From the human T2T-CHM13v2.0 reference genome, Homo sapiens: DNA of 64,000 bases. A model generated the notes under the pieces. The model was not told the origin of the DNA. It saw only the letters and a list, made by a program, of their open reading frames with translations, and did not search any database. The stretch lies in the NCBI RefSeq assembly GCF_009914755.1, contig NC_060942.1, one strand, 5' to 3'. The stretch's first letter is position 1. Each line of letters begins with the position of its first letter. This document shows positions 13,701-27,700 of this stretch, piece by piece. A program made the position numbers and the translations under genes.

Positions 13701-15369
13701 CTCTACCTGTGAAGATGGGGTCTGCAGGAGCCAGGCAGAGGGGAGCCCTGTGGCAGCTCTTCCTGTTGTGGACAACTTTCTCCTCCTGGAACCCATCTCT
13801 CTTCTTGGCTCTCCTGATAGTTTCCCTCCCTCTCAGCTATCAGTCACCTGGGAGGATTCCATCTCCTCTGCATAACAAAAGATGCCACTGACACTCTTTT
13901 CCGCAGGATGTTGCTGCTCTGGGCGATGTCCTAGGGGAGAAGGGAGCTTTGAGCTTCCAGGATTCAAGAGGAAAACAGCTACCCTCGGGAGACAGAGTCT
14001 CAGCCAGGGCCATCTGCAGAGCCAGACATCTTCTACACAGCCTGAGACAATTCCAACCTGTGTTAATAAATTGCAGCCTCACCCAGCGGGCATCCTCTCA
14101 GAAACTGAGATCTCAGTGGGATGTGTTAGGAGCTGCCAGCCACTCACAGAGACATGGATTCATCACAGAGGGTGGCTGTCTCCCAGCAATCGCTCTGCGA
14201 GTTACATTTGGATGGGTCTGCAGAGCCAGGTGTTTTGGAAGGCAGAGCTCTTTGTGGGATAAAGCTGGACTGGGTGGAGCCGGTATTAGGGGGACACCTG
14301 GACCCTACAGCCTTGGCGATACTGAGTGGGAGAGGTTTGCAGCAGGTGCCCCAAATCAAATCTTTTTTTTAAAAAAATACAGTATTTAAATATTTGCTTA
14401 TGCTTGTCTCAACCCTGGGAAGTGGGGAAGGACACCCCTGTCTCTCCCTCTATGTGAGCCCTCCCCGTAGCTTCTCTTGCTGGCCTGTGGGCTCTACAGC
14501 CCCAGGGAGTCCTGCTTCTGTCCTGAGCTCTTCATACCCATCACTGCTCTGAGTGTGCTTTTGTAATTTTGTTGGTCTCCTGATTAGACTGTGAGGTATT
14601 CTGAGGACAGACACAAGGACTTCCTTTTTTTTTTTTTTTTTTTTTTTACAATAATAGCAATAAGAAGAAAATTAGTAACACCAAACAACACACAGCACTT
14701 GCTATGTACAAGGGGGTGCACCACACATGTGGACTCACTCACTTTACATAATGTTATCATCGTATCATGTTACCATCTTAAGTAAGCACAGAGAGAGAAA
14801 GTAACTTGCCCAAGATCACCCAACTAGCTGGTGGTGAAGCCGGAATTTTCATGTACAAAGTTTATCACTGTCCTATGCAGAGTGGGCACATAATAAAAAG
14901 TATTTTTAATATGTGTGTGTGGGGATGGATGAATGCAGGAATGAACAAGCATTTAAAACATTCCTTTCAGTCCTAAACAGCTAATTTTCACCTGCATTTG
15001 GAAAGAGCACGATCGATCCACTCATGAATTAAAAACAGGCTGTGTGTTGTCAGAGAAAATTCGTGGCAAGACAGCTTGATAAATGTCATGACACCAGCAG
15101 GGCTCAGCCACAGCTCTTGGTTCAGAAGCTGTGCTAAGGTCCCAGGTCTGAGCCTTTACCGTAAGGGCTTGGGAGGGCTTTGAGGCACCGCCAAGGCAGG
15201 GCAGAGTGGGACGTGGGGCTGGATGCCCTTCGGCAAACTTCACTCTCACCGGCCCTAAACGGCCTCTGAGTCTGGGCAGATTTAAACGGGCCGTTCCTTG
15301 TTCCTCCTCCGCGCTGCATTTTTATCCACGGCAATCCTTACAACTGCATTTATTAGCCTGACCCACTAC

Positions 15370-15490
15370 CCCCTCCCCTCTTCCTTCCCCCTCCCTCCTC
15401 CTTCTCACTCCTCCTTCCCCCTCCCTCTTCTCCTCTTCTCTCCCCTCCTCTCCATCCTCCCCGTCATCCTCCTTCCCTCCTCCTCATCTT
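15370..15490. repeat. CT-rich polypyrimidine tract
   Basis: Nearly pure C/T with CCTCCT-type units. Confidence 0.85.
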
Positions 15491-15734
15491 TATCGACCCC
15501 AACTCACTTCATACAAGGGGAGGGGGAGTGTGTGAAACATTGGACCTGTAAGCATCTCTCAGGGAAAAATATTGGTAATTTACAATTTTTTCTGACTTCT
15601 TTAGAAAGTGCTTATTTAACGAGCAATGGGTACCATGCACAAAGGGGATGGTGAACTGCATGACGTACACTATACGGGGGGTCTCAGTGTGTTCTGCCTG
15701 GCTATAGATGGCAGGGGGCGTGGGCACGGCCAGG

Positions 15735-15995
15735 GTTGGAGCTGTGCTGCCCAGACCTACGGTCCCAGCCACGTGTGGCCACCTAGCACCTGAGACGTAG
15801 CCAGGCCACACTGCACCATGAGATAAAATATATCCTAGAGTATGAGGACTTCATGGGAGAAGAATTGTTAACCATTTCATGAACAATTTTTATATGGATT
15901 CTATGCTTACATGACATTTGAGGTTTCTTAGGTTAAAGAAAAGACATGACATTAAAATGATTTCCCCTGTCTCTTTCCTCATTTCCTGTGGCCAC
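15735..15995. mobile_element. hAT-Charlie (MER3/MER33-like) DNA transposon remnant
   Basis: AGCCACGTGTGGCCACCTAGCACCTGAGACGTAGC resembles the MER3-family motif; a similar remnant lies at ~11300-11435. Confidence 0.5.
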
Positions 15996-16504
15996 GAGAA
16001 GACTGACGCTCCCACGCAAGGATCGTTTCTGCCCGGCTGTGCCACCTGGGGCTCCAGGCCTGGCTTTGCTCTCTGGCTTCCCCACCATTGGCTACCTGGC
16101 CTCGGGCAGGCCCGGCCCAGCTCTGCGACTCAGTGCCTGGGAGAATGAAGATGATCCTTTGAGGGTCCTAAGTATGGGGAGGGCTGCGCAAAGCCATGAC
16201 TCAGCACGTGGGAGATGAGCGCTCTGCAGATGCACACCTGCCCTGGGGGGAGCCGCCAGCTGGGGCCTGTGGCAGGAGGCAGGAAGAAGGAACCTTGCAC
16301 AGGAAGGGCCCAACCAGGGTCTGCAGAAGGGAAACCAGGTCTGCTGTCTCCTGAGGACAGGGCAGAGACTGCGTGTGGCTGCTGGCGTGGAGTCCGTTCC
16401 CCAGGAGGTGTCAGACATGGCGGCAAATGCCAATCCCAGGACTTTCCTTCTCTACTCTAATTGTGCAGCCGCTGCTGGGGTTTATCAAGTAACACATGTG
16501 ATAA

Positions 16505-16880
16505 GCTTAACTGTGATCCTCCTGAATCTATACGTGGATGTCCTAAACCTCACTGCCTCACAACGTGACTGCATTTGGAAATGGTGCCTTTAAAGAGGCC
16601 ATGACATTAAGATGAGGTCCCACTGGAGTAGGGTGGCCCTGAGCCAACGTGATGCTGTCCTTCTAAGCAGAGATTAGGACACAGACACACACAGAGAGAC
16701 GACCACTGGAGGACACAGAGAGAAGATGCTTTCTACAAGCCAAGGAGAGGCTGCAGAGGAGACCAACCCTTGGCACCTTGCTGTCAGATTTCCAGTCTTC
16801 TGGACTGTGACAGAAGAAATGTCGGTCTTTTAAGCCACCTAGTCTGCTATTTTGTTATGGCAGCCCCAAGAACTCATACA
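16505..16880 (+). mobile_element. MLT1 (MaLR) LTR
   Basis: GTGACTGCATTTGGAAAT..AAGATGAGGTC..GGAGTAGGGTGGCCC..TTTAAGCCACCTAGTCTG..TTTGTTATGGCAGCCC..AACTCATACA. Confidence 0.85.
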
Positions 16881-16998
16881 ACATACAATGTAGACAATGT
16901 CTGCAAAGTCCCTGGCTCACAGGAGGCACTAATACAGTGTTAGCGCTGGCCTAGATAGAATTTGGGGGGTGTGTGTGTGTGTGTGTGTGTGTTTTGTG

Positions 16999-17298
16999 GT
17001 TTTTTTTTTTTTTTGAGACAGGGTCTTACTCTGTTGCCCAGGCTGGAGTGCAGTGGTGTGATCATGGCTCACCGTAGCCTCGACCTCTCCAGGCTCAGGT
17101 GATCTTTCCACCTCAGCTTTCCGAGTAGCTGGGACTGTAGGTGCACAGCACCATGCCCAGCTAATTTTTTGATTTTTTTGTAGAGATAAGGTCTCACTTT
17201 GTTGTCCAGGCTGGTCTCGAACTCCTAGGCTCAAGCAATCTGCCTGCTTCAGCCTCCCGCAGTGCTGGGATTCCAGGTGTGGGCCACCGCACCTGGCC
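16999..17298 (-). mobile_element. Alu (AluJ-type), preceded by (GT)n at 16968-16992
   Basis: GAGACAGGGTCT, ATCATGGCTCAC and GGCTCAAGCAAT are AluJ-like. Confidence 0.93.
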
Positions 17299-20200
17299 TC
17301 GTTTGGTGTTTTGAACATGTAGTGAATCATCCCCAGGAGGCTTAGCTATCACCAGAAAACCCCAAAGAGTAAGCCCACAGCTCAGCAGATCCACAGCATT
17401 CAGAGAAAGCTGAGGGACAAAAGCCACAAGCAGCCTGGCACATGGGCACGTTCTGAGCGCTTGCTGACCCTCCCAAAGGTAACTGCCCAGCCCCTTTGAT
17501 TCACACTGCCAAAAAGGAATGAATTCCTCCAGTAGCCAGTGAAGCCAAGTGTCTTACGTCCTAAGGACCAAGGACTGCCAGGCAGGCAAAGACTGCCTAA
17601 GACAGGGCATCCCTCTGTGGGTGGGTCTTGCCCCCTGCCCCTCTCCTGGCATTGAGGCACGTCCCTGGGTTCTCCAGGGCAGCTGGCACCCTTTCCTTCT
17701 TGGGTTCTGCCAAGTTCTGTAGTAAGATGGAGAACCAAATACAAAATGGGCAGAGTGATAGAAAGCTGGTAAATTAGTGAGGCAGGACCATTTGGAAACC
17801 AAATTTCCCTGCAACTTAAAAAACACAGGGAGTCAAAGGCAGAACAGGAGTTTCTTCGTTTCTGAGAAGGAGCGCTATGCCCTGAACCTGCGCCTGCCTG
17901 GAGGAAGTTACACTCCATCCGCATGAGTGAATCATGAGTCAGGAGGGCAGGCTGCCCACTCCTCTGATGGGCGGAGTGCTTCTGCCTGAATCTGATGTCT
18001 CCTGTTCTGACCCTCAACTGGCCCAGGAAGGTGGCTCAACCACTTGTTACCAGGGACCTGCACCCCATATGAGTGGACTAACACTGCAACTCCGGAAAAG
18101 TGTCTTTTTTTCACCAATCAGAGACATTCCACAGTTAACCCTTTAGTTAGTTTCTCTTCCTCTTACATCCTGCCGTGGCTTATTCGGGATGAGAGAGAAG
18201 CAAATTTCAAAGCCCTGAGTCACTGAGGGCAAAACTTGCAAAGGAGACTGGAAGCTCCTGCAGGCAACAGACGAGGCCTCCCCACCACCTCCCCAGCAGC
18301 CAACGGCACCTAAAGCCTGCTCAGGAAACTGAGCTTTTATGTGAAAAAGAAGTTAGGAAATAGGTATGATTCATTTACTCTTTCGAACATCTGTAAGCCA
18401 GTTATGTGCTGGGGATGCTCCAGGCTTAGAGACGGAGGCATCAGAGAGAGGAAAGTTCCCTCCTTGATATAGGAGGGGAAGAAGTCGGATGATAAACAAA
18501 TCACCAGGATCTGTATCAGAGCACTCAGCCGCAGGCTCTATGACAGCAGAGGAAAGAATCATCTAGTGTGGGTGGGGAGAGGTGGAGAAGGTGGCAGCAG
18601 GGTGGGAAGGAGGGGGCCCTCAGCAGCCTGGGCCGGGCAGTGGGGCAGAGGCAGTGTGTGGGGTAGACCGGGCAGCCCCCACCGCAGCTGCCCTCCCTGC
18701 TGACAGATCAGTAACCAGCACCTGAAACTGACAGAAACTTTCCTTGACTCTCTCATAAGGGGGAAAAATGCCTCCCAGAATCACACACAGAAATGTGCAG
18801 AGTGGTAGGTGACACGGCTGGAGCTCATGTCACGTTTTCTTTTGTGATTCAAGTTTAATGCTCTACTAAGCTATGCAGCATCACAGAACATGTACATGTA
18901 CTTGGAAGGGCACAAAATATTTCCCATCAAGTTTAAAGGAAAGAAAAAAAAGCTCTTACTTCTTAAAACTACCTACAGGAACCATAGTTTTAACATTTCC
19001 AAGTTTTGAGGTTTTTAAATGATCAGAACTTTAAACATGAGATTTCAGAAAACAAAAGCCTCAGCATGGGCTTTGCTATGGCTCAAAATCTTACTCTGAT
19101 AGCATTAAACAAATTAAAAACATATGTGGGTGTTTTACAGCGTCAAACAACAGGAAAGAAACTGTACACCACAGAGAGGTTTCTTGAAACTGGAGTTGCA
19201 AATCAGTCATTCTAAGACTTAAAATACCAACAGTGTTAACAGCCTAGAGGCCTCTGAGCAGAGCTGTTTTTTCCACTTTCACTTTAGGTGAAACTTAATC
19301 CTCCTGGTGCAGATACTGTATCCAAGCCATGTTCTTAATAAATTAGTAACTTAATACATTTATGGTTGTTATTGCTAATTATAATGCTGACATTATCAGT
19401 AATACAGTTTAAGTATGGGCTGAACAAAATAATGAGTCACCCCCCATTCAACATTGACTAGAACCATTTACATATTTATAAAATTAGTCTTTCTAAATCC
19501 TTAGGTAAGAAACTAAATACTGTTTATCACTTTAATCAAGATAAAATATACACAGGAACAGTATATAGTCACCTACTCGCCTTCCATGGATGATTTGAAA
19601 GCAAATCATGGAAAATTACTCATGTGGCTGACATAGAAATTAAGTACAAATCAGAGAAGGCCCCATTTCTTCCAAGTTTATTATTACTATTAAATAAAAA
19701 TGCACTACAGACCTCAGCGAAGAGGTCTGGAGACTGAAATTCAATTCCGTTCAATTCCGCGGACATTTCTAAAGCATCTGGGTGTAAGTCGGGGGTTCCC
19801 CTGACCCTCACCCTGGCCCATCTTCAGCAGCCGGACATTCTAGTGCACCACCATCTGCCTCGAGTTGGAGACACATAATTTTATGTTGAATTAAAGTACC
19901 AACGAAATGGAATAATTTCCCTTGAGGGGAAAACATGTATGTTTAAAAAATAAAAAATGTTGAAAAATCAAAAGTATTTTTGCATCAGAGCAAAGGAATT
20001 TCATAATCTCTTCCCTCTCCGAGAACCTCCTGATACTTCTGGGAACAATCACACAGCATGGACCAAGAGCAAGGGCCGCCCCCATACAAATTAGGGTGGG
20101 TCCACTGTTCTGTGCACACTGGCAGGCTTACTCCTCACAGTCTGAAACAATTCTCTAGTGTAGAGACAGGGGTAGGCAGAGAGACAGACAGGTAGGACCC

Positions 20201-21658
20201 CTGGGCATTTGTGGTCCTTGTCAACATCATTGGATCATCTGTCCTGAGCGTCTCAGTGGGAAAAGGGTCCAGAACCCCGATTCAGGGCACTACAGGGGAA
20301 CCGAAGGCAACGTAGAGAATCCAGATCAGACAGAGGAAGCTGATGCCTTCAAATAAGGCGGACAATGGCAAATGCCGTGCTAGAAATACAAAGAAGATGA
20401 ATTCTTACTAGCCGGAAGGATTCGAATGACTTTTAATTTGCAGTTTCCCGTTTAACTGTATTTTCCAAATGTTCCCTGATAAGGGTTACGAATGGGCTGT
20501 AGGGGAGCCGCCACTGGAAAGTCCAGTGACAGTGAGACTGAAGAAGGGCTGGAGCCAGAGGCTGAGGACCTTGGACTTTAGTCTGCGCTAAGGACTTCCT
20601 GGAAGTTCTAGGGGCAGAAGGGTGATGATCCAGTCAATAGAGGAAAATCCTGGCAGCCAAAGTACAAGACACATGGGAGCAGGAGGAACGTGGAACCTTG
20701 GCTGTAGAGCCCGGAGAGCTTTGAAAAATGCCCACGTCTGCATTGGGATCTAAGGAGGGCAAAGACCCTGGCAGGTCTGAAGTCTCTGGGAGATTCCAAT
20801 ATGCAGGCAGGCCAGAGCATGACCCCAAAGGAAGGAGAACTGGTGAGGAGCCAAGTAGCCGCACGCAGGAGAAAGGAGGTTATCGATCTAGGAGAGGGCC
20901 AAGGAAACAGCTCAAGTATTTCCTGTCCTTTCACCAGACCTCTGGGATTCAGTGTGAGTTCTTCCAGAACCAGACCAGAGTGCAAAGTCAGAGCAAACTC
21001 CATGGTGGGTGAGAAGAAAGGAGTGGGACCTTCGTAGATGGAATTAGGTTTTTGAGCTAAAAGAAAGTCTGATGTGTTTCACTGTTTATGAATTGGTGTA
21101 AATTTTCATGCTCTATCAAACCAGCAGCTAGTTAGAGAGAATGCAGTTTGGAAATACCTTTTTCTAAAAAATAAAAATGTTAAAAAAAATCAAAAGTATT
21201 TTTGCATCAGAACAAAGGAATTTACAATCTCTTTCCTCTCTGAGAGCCTCCTGATACTTCTAGGACCAATCACAGAATGTGGACCAAGAGGAAGGGCTGC
21301 TTCGTCTTCCTCTCCTCCTGGTTTCCCTCTTTCTCTTTCTTCTTCTCCGTGTCTCTTTTTTCCTCCCTTTCTTTCTTCTTCCTAACTCTTTCCCTTCCTT
21401 CATTCCTTTATTCCTTTGCAAGGTCAGGATGTACCTACTGCCATGCAATCTTCCTGAATAAATTAATAATTAATAATCAATCGTAATAAATCATAATTAT
21501 TAATTATTAATAATAATTAACAAGGACCAGGCTTCCACCCAGCTGTCAGGGAAGAGTGTAGCAGCAAGAGCCCATGCCCGTAGCCTCTGACACACCAAGG
21601 GGATTTGTGTTTAATAAGAAAACAACATGCACATGTTTCGGATCAGCTCACGTCTTAC

Positions 21659-21709
21659 CGTACTGGCCTTCTCGGCATTTAATTCTCGTTTGCCTGCGTG
21701 GTTTCCCAT
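21659..21709 (-). CDS. MBP: Golli-MBP first coding segment (exon 2), MGNHAGKRELNAEKAST; CDS continues in exon 3 outside the window
   Basis: The reverse complement reads ATGGGAAACCACGCAGGCAAACGAGAATTAAATGCCGAGAAGGCCAGTACG (17 codons), which I recognise as the Golli N-terminus. Strong Kozak (AGGATGG), an in-frame TGA upstream, and a phase-0 donor ACG|GTAAGA at 21658. Too short for the ORF track. Confidence 0.97.
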
Positions 21710-21734
21710 CCTGAATGGATTGGCTCTTCAGAGG
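21659..21734 (-). other. MBP: Golli-MBP exon 2 (76 nt: 25 nt 5'UTR + 51 nt CDS)
   Basis: Acceptor tttctctttctcttttag| at 21735-21736 with a polypyrimidine tract; donor GTAAGA at 21653-21658. Confidence 0.95.
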
Positions 21735-24700
21735 CTAAAAGAGAAAGAGAAAGTGTCAGCCCTAAGTCTAGTGCTCTTAGAGTTTTCGATGTTGTTTTTC
21801 CATCAGAAAGACAATCCTGTGATATATGTAATGCCCATTTTTGAGAAGACGAAACCAAGGCCCTGAAAACAGAAGAGACACGTCCAAGTCATCTTATTAA
21901 CACATGCTATCTTTCCATCCCATGCAAAGAGCTAGAAAACAGAACCGCACCAACATCCAAATTCTGTTCAGTAACACACTTCAACCTGTCTTGAGAAATC
22001 TTGCAGATCTGTGTATATGTACAGAAATATCTATCTATTCATCCACCCATCCATCTATCCATTCATACCTATGTACACACACAGAGAATTATATCCCATA
22101 CTCAGGTGCATTGTTATGAGATGAGCTGAGATGTCAGAAAGGTGCTGACACTCTTCTAAAACTAAAAGGTAGTAAGAAGCTATTCATGCTCACTGCTTTA
22201 AAGAAACCATGTGAGCACAGAAAGAGCCAACATTAGACCAAGGACAGCTTAACAGACAAGTGTCCAAAGAATCTGCAGAATTTGTAGGGAAGATAAAGAT
22301 GGATTTAAAAACCACATTACTCCTCATTTTTATTTTCTAACCCAAACCTTAGCAGCACATTTATGATTTTTCCCCAAGATATGCAAAGAACGGAAGAATT
22401 GAGCCACACCCATTCCAAGCAAATTGCTCCTTCCAGCCTTCCTGCGGAACCTGCCCTGGCCTTGGGGCTCTTCAGCTGAGGGCCACTGGAACCATCAGCC
22501 CAGACCACGCTGCAGGTGACCAGAGTCTTTAAGGACAATGACAACATGTTTTCCATGATGGATGTATTCTTTTGCAAAAAGGTGTGAGTACCCATTCTCC
22601 TGTAGAACCCAGGAACAGCTTTCCTTGAGAGGGAACAAGATGAACTGTCTTCTGAACACGGGGAGAGAGGACTCTCCAAAATAGTAGATACACCCGAACA
22701 CAATGCAAATTGTGTTCCTCAAAAGTCTCTCTTTAGAAAAGAGAATTGCCTGACAGCTGAGCTTTTCCATCTCCCATGTTACCGGGGTCCCTTTTTGGTG
22801 GCTCAGGAAGACTGGCTGAGGACACTTTTCTGCAGGCGGGCACCCCCATCACCCCACAGCCACTGGAAGGATTGCTGAGAAGAGAAGCAAACGCCTACAG
22901 CACAGTCGCCACTCCCGGAGTCCACCTCCCTCACGTGTGTGGGAGACGACTAGCAGCCGACCACAGACTGGAAACCCCACCCACCTTCAGGGTGTGTGAT
23001 GAAACCGGGGCCCACGATAAGACTTCCGGTGAGGGGCTCGTGCAGGGAGATTTAAAACACGTGTACTTCAAGCAACTTAGGTCAAAGTGCCCACAGATGA
23101 GGCTCTGCGAAATCAAAGACGCGGTTCTAGTGATGATATAAACACAACCCACCTGCAAGAATCAGGTGCCTTCCCCATGCTTCATGGCATGAGAGTGAAA
23201 AAAGCAATAATAGTTTGATATGTATGATTTTAAAAACGCAAGGCTACCTTTGCGGATGATTTCGGTGTCCAGTGTGATTCTACCTTCCCAATTTATTTAA
23301 ATTGGACAACCAAAAAAACCTTGAAGGGGCATTCTTCTCATTGGGAAATGAGGGTTTGTTGCACATGTGGTGCCTTACTGGATAAGAATGGGTTAACCAA
23401 GGGAAAGGCCAAATTCACTGTGTCCTTTTAGGGTCTAAGAAAGAAGGGGTGTGTTCCTTGTGAGGTGTCGTTTGAACCCTGGGTACACAGGGGCTGTCAT
23501 TCCCTAATTCTGCCTCTCTAATTCCATGTGGTGTTGTTTTAACTAAATATTAAGAGCTTGCAGGATGGACACACATTATAGAATAAAAACATGTCAAATA
23601 TCTGTCAATCCATCTTTCTGTTTAAGAAATAAGAGCTGGTCTATTCAAAGCTAAACACAGGCAAAAACAGGTAACTTCCTTTAGTTAAGGTTGACAACTT
23701 GGACCTTTGGGGGCATTTTGCCCATCCAGACATAAATGAACCTCCTATCACCGGCTGTGTTCTCCAAGTGCCTGTTCCTGGCCCAGGCATCATCTCATCT
23801 CTGCCTCCTGTGAGCCCTCGCCTGCCCAGTCCCCTTCCTGTTCCCTGGCTCTATCCGTTTCTCACCCTCCTCCTCCCACCTCCTTATGCTGGGACTAGGC
23901 AAACACAAATGCAACACTCACTCCTTCCAGGAAACAAAGCTCCAAGGACTTGTCCCAAATCAGAATAGTGTGGGCCATGTAAATATTTTGGGACTTGCTG
24001 GTAGACAAAGAGAGCTATTTTTGGGCAAGGGGCTCTTGAACGCAGCTGAAATCTGTCCACAAGGTGCTGAACTGCTCCTTGGAGAGGGGCCATGTTTCTT
24101 CCGAATCAGTTTGTTCTGATCAAATGTTGTCATGCTTCATAGCACAACTCTAGGTTACGCTTGGGATGATTGATCTTAATCATGATTTAGAAAACTCAAG
24201 AATACTGGACACAGAATTGGTGAAAATAACTCAAGTCCAGATCAGACTTTTGAATACATCTTGTTGGATTTGACTAGTTAGACAAGCCTACTTACTTGCA
24301 TTTGACTGGCCTCTCAGATTAATATAAAGAATATTTATATGAATCACTGAGGGTTGGTTAATTCTAGCCTTAAATGCAAAATTTATATACTAGCAGGAAA
24401 AGAAAGACAAGAGGAACAAAACGACAACTTGATGTGTGGGAGCCCCCATCAGAGCCGTTAGTGGAAATGGCCCCTGAGCACCGGTAAGTGAGACGTGTCT
24501 CAAGGAACTATGGTGGGAACGACAGAGCATCTGGCTGATAATCACGAGTGACTGGCAGTCTGCCTTATTAGCTTCTGACACTCTGCCCCAGTCTGCCTTT
24601 TAGAGAAGAGCTCGAGAAGGATGAAGCTCTCACTGTCACGGGGCTAAGAGCTCAGCCTGGCAGCTGGTTTCTGTAATGTGCTGAAAAGATCCATCTGCAC

Positions 24701-27700
24701 ACAAAAGCAGCTGCATGCTTGGAGGAAATCTTTTTTATTTCATTTTTTGCAATTAATCAAATTGAGAGAGCCAGAGAAAAATTGGGTAAACATGTGAAAT
24801 GCTGCAAGGAAAGTCAGCTGACTCTGAAGCATCTCTTGGGTAATTAAAGAAGCCTTTTGTAAACTAATAGAAAAGGAAAGAGAGGGAGGAAGAACTGAGC
24901 TAGAGCTGTGGGAGGGACAGACTTTCAGATTCCATCAGGACCGCTGAGACTTCCGCGGTCTCAGTTGGTATTCAGTTCTAGATCCGATTTCCAGCCACTG
25001 GGATGACTGGACACTTTGATAATGTCTGTGTGATTATCAACACTTAGTGTTACCTCGAGGGTTAACATTGGGCACAGGCAAAGTTAGTCACCCAGATTTA
25101 CTAGGAAGCAGTCCACTGTTGTTGACTGTTAGGCTCTCGTTTTTAATAATGTACACCTAAAGCAGCTTAGACTACATGTCACCTTGGTGGAACCATAGGA
25201 TAATTCAGCATAGATAAAACTCACTAGCCTATCTGTGCAGGGAAATAGCTCCCAGCTGAAATGCTGGGGAACAAACACCTTGTTCCTAGGTATTTTACTG
25301 ATTTCATTCTCTAGGTAGTTCTGACTTTCTACGGTGAAAATCAGGCAGGTGAGACCTAGGTCTCAATCCAGGTTCCATCTGGGTGACCCCGAACAAGACT
25401 CCACTTTTCTGAGCCTCAGTTTCCCATAAAGTAGAGGTAATAAAACTTGCCTTTCTGCACTGGTGTGAGAATGAAGCCCATGTGGGCTGCAGGGCTGGGC
25501 AGGGCTAGGGTTAGGGTTGGGGTATGCTGCAGGCGTTGCTTTGCTTTCTGTCTTCCTCTTACCTCCACCAGGTCCAGGGTTCCCTGGGTGGGTGGTGAGC
25601 AGCTGCAGAAACATCGCTACCTACTTACTATCACACATGTTCAGAGACCTCTAGATGGCTTCCCACATCTAGATGCATCCACTCCTAAACTGACAAGGTC
25701 AAGGGAAGAAAAAAGGCTAAAAACACCAGCTGCCCAGAAGTTACATCCTACAATTGCCTGTCAACAAAGCTCTTGATCCAACACACACAACTGAAGCACA
25801 GGGGAAATGCAACTGCTGCTGCTTTAAGACCACACAAAGTGTCCTGGGGTGTGGAAGGTGAGGAAAGAGGGAAAAAAGTGAAGAGGAAGGACATTCACGA
25901 GACAGCCATGCCCCAAACGCCAGACAAGTATTCAAATATTAAAATGTGAAACTGGCTGTTTTTGAAATAATTGTGAGTGCAATTTTACAAGCAATGGGAT
26001 TATTGTGAAATCCCTTGTTGAAATAAATGCATCGTGAGATAGAGAAGACCTCAATGCCAGTCTTCCTAGATAGTTGGCACTTGGTTACCCAAATCATCTT
26101 ACTCCCACTCCCAAACCTGCAAAAATGTAGGGAGCAAACATCGTGCCTGTTGAGGGTTAGGCTGACAAGCATGTCAGGTGCCATAATGCAAGGTCAAGTT
26201 TATGATGGCGTGGAATTCATCATATGCTCTCCGCACTTCATTTTGTTTAGGCTTATTAGCAAAACATTTGCATTGTGTAGAGCTGCAGGGTATACCCATA
26301 TTATAGGACACAGATCACGCTTGTGTTACTTTTAGACTTAGGATTCTTTGGACGTTGTTTTCATAACATGCTTTTGATTGCACAGTTTTTTTTTGAGTCC
26401 ATGTTCAAGAAAGCAATCCTAAAGTAATGTTTCTATGGAGATAACAGGATTTATTTTACAATGATTTGCTTTATCCCTCATGTTTCTATAAACCTAAGTT
26501 AGATAATTACAGGAATAACCCTGTAAGCTTCATTCCCATTTTACAGTTGAGAAAGTTTAGAAGACTGAATCTAGCTATGAGAATGCCTCTAGGAATATAT
26601 TTTAGTTATGAACAGAGTTATTTACATTTTGAATGTCCCATGTGGAAAGTATGACAGTAGGCCTAAGACATTCTACATTCCTAAATTATTAATCAATACA
26701 ATAAGAGAAGTGTGCAGTGGTGAGGGTCTCAGAAGCGGATACGAGGCAGCGTGATGCGGTGTGGGGACCGGCCATCAGCACCTGAGAACTTCTTAGAAAC
26801 ACACATTCTTGGGCCCTGAACTCTTTGCTTTCAGAAGCACTACAGGTGATTTGTGTTCGAGAACCTTCTTCTTATAGATCAGGGGGCAAAAACCTATGAC
26901 ATATGTGAATTTTTTTTTTTTTTTCAGAATAGAGATTTCCCATGCTTGTGTCACAAGGACCTTCTCCCCAGTCCCCCACCTTCCCTTCTCCATGTAGTGA
27001 GAGAACTGCCCCTCTCCCCACACCACCTGCCTTGCACTGGCCACCTGGCTGCCCTGGCAGGGACTACATTTCCCAGCAGCCCTTGCAGCTGTTGCTGGTC
27101 ACCGCCGGACAAGGGGCCTTTCTCCATTCCATAAGTGTGTATGGAACTTTTGTTCTAAGACCACTTCCCTAGGCATCAGATAAATTAGATAAGATTTTTT
27201 TTTCTGTATTTGGAAACTGTAACATGTTATACCTAAACAGACACATGAGAATATATTATAAAACATATAAATTGTGGTTAATTTAATAAAATCTACCCAG
27301 CAGGATCCACTTGGGAAAGTCTTAACTTGTGCCTCTGCTAGTAGAATTTGAAGAGCCCACCATGAAGGCATCTTTTTCTGCTTTCTCTGCTTTTTAAAAT
27401 CCCAGGAGCAATGTTTTCGACATCCCAGGTGCTTTGGAGTCTTCGCGGTGTACGGGACCTTAAAGCTGAGCTGGCTGTATTGCCTCGTGGCTGCTCCAGT
27501 CCTGTGCTAGACCTCTCGCTGGGTCTCGGGGTTCTCAGCGCCTGTTCAGAAAGCCTGGCAATGTTTGCCTGGGAGGAAAAGCTCCATAAATACACGCTGA
27601 AGACACGACTCTGTGGGTCCGTCAGATGAAACACAGCATCACCCAGCATCCACCGAGGAGCCCAGTGCTCATGGGCACGGTTCTGTATTTTGGAGGTGCC

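Noticed and set aside
22317-22770. Sense-strand ORFs of 128 and 91 aa just upstream of exon 2
   Set aside because: No recognisable homology and no convincing donor linking them to exon 2; lengths are compatible with chance.
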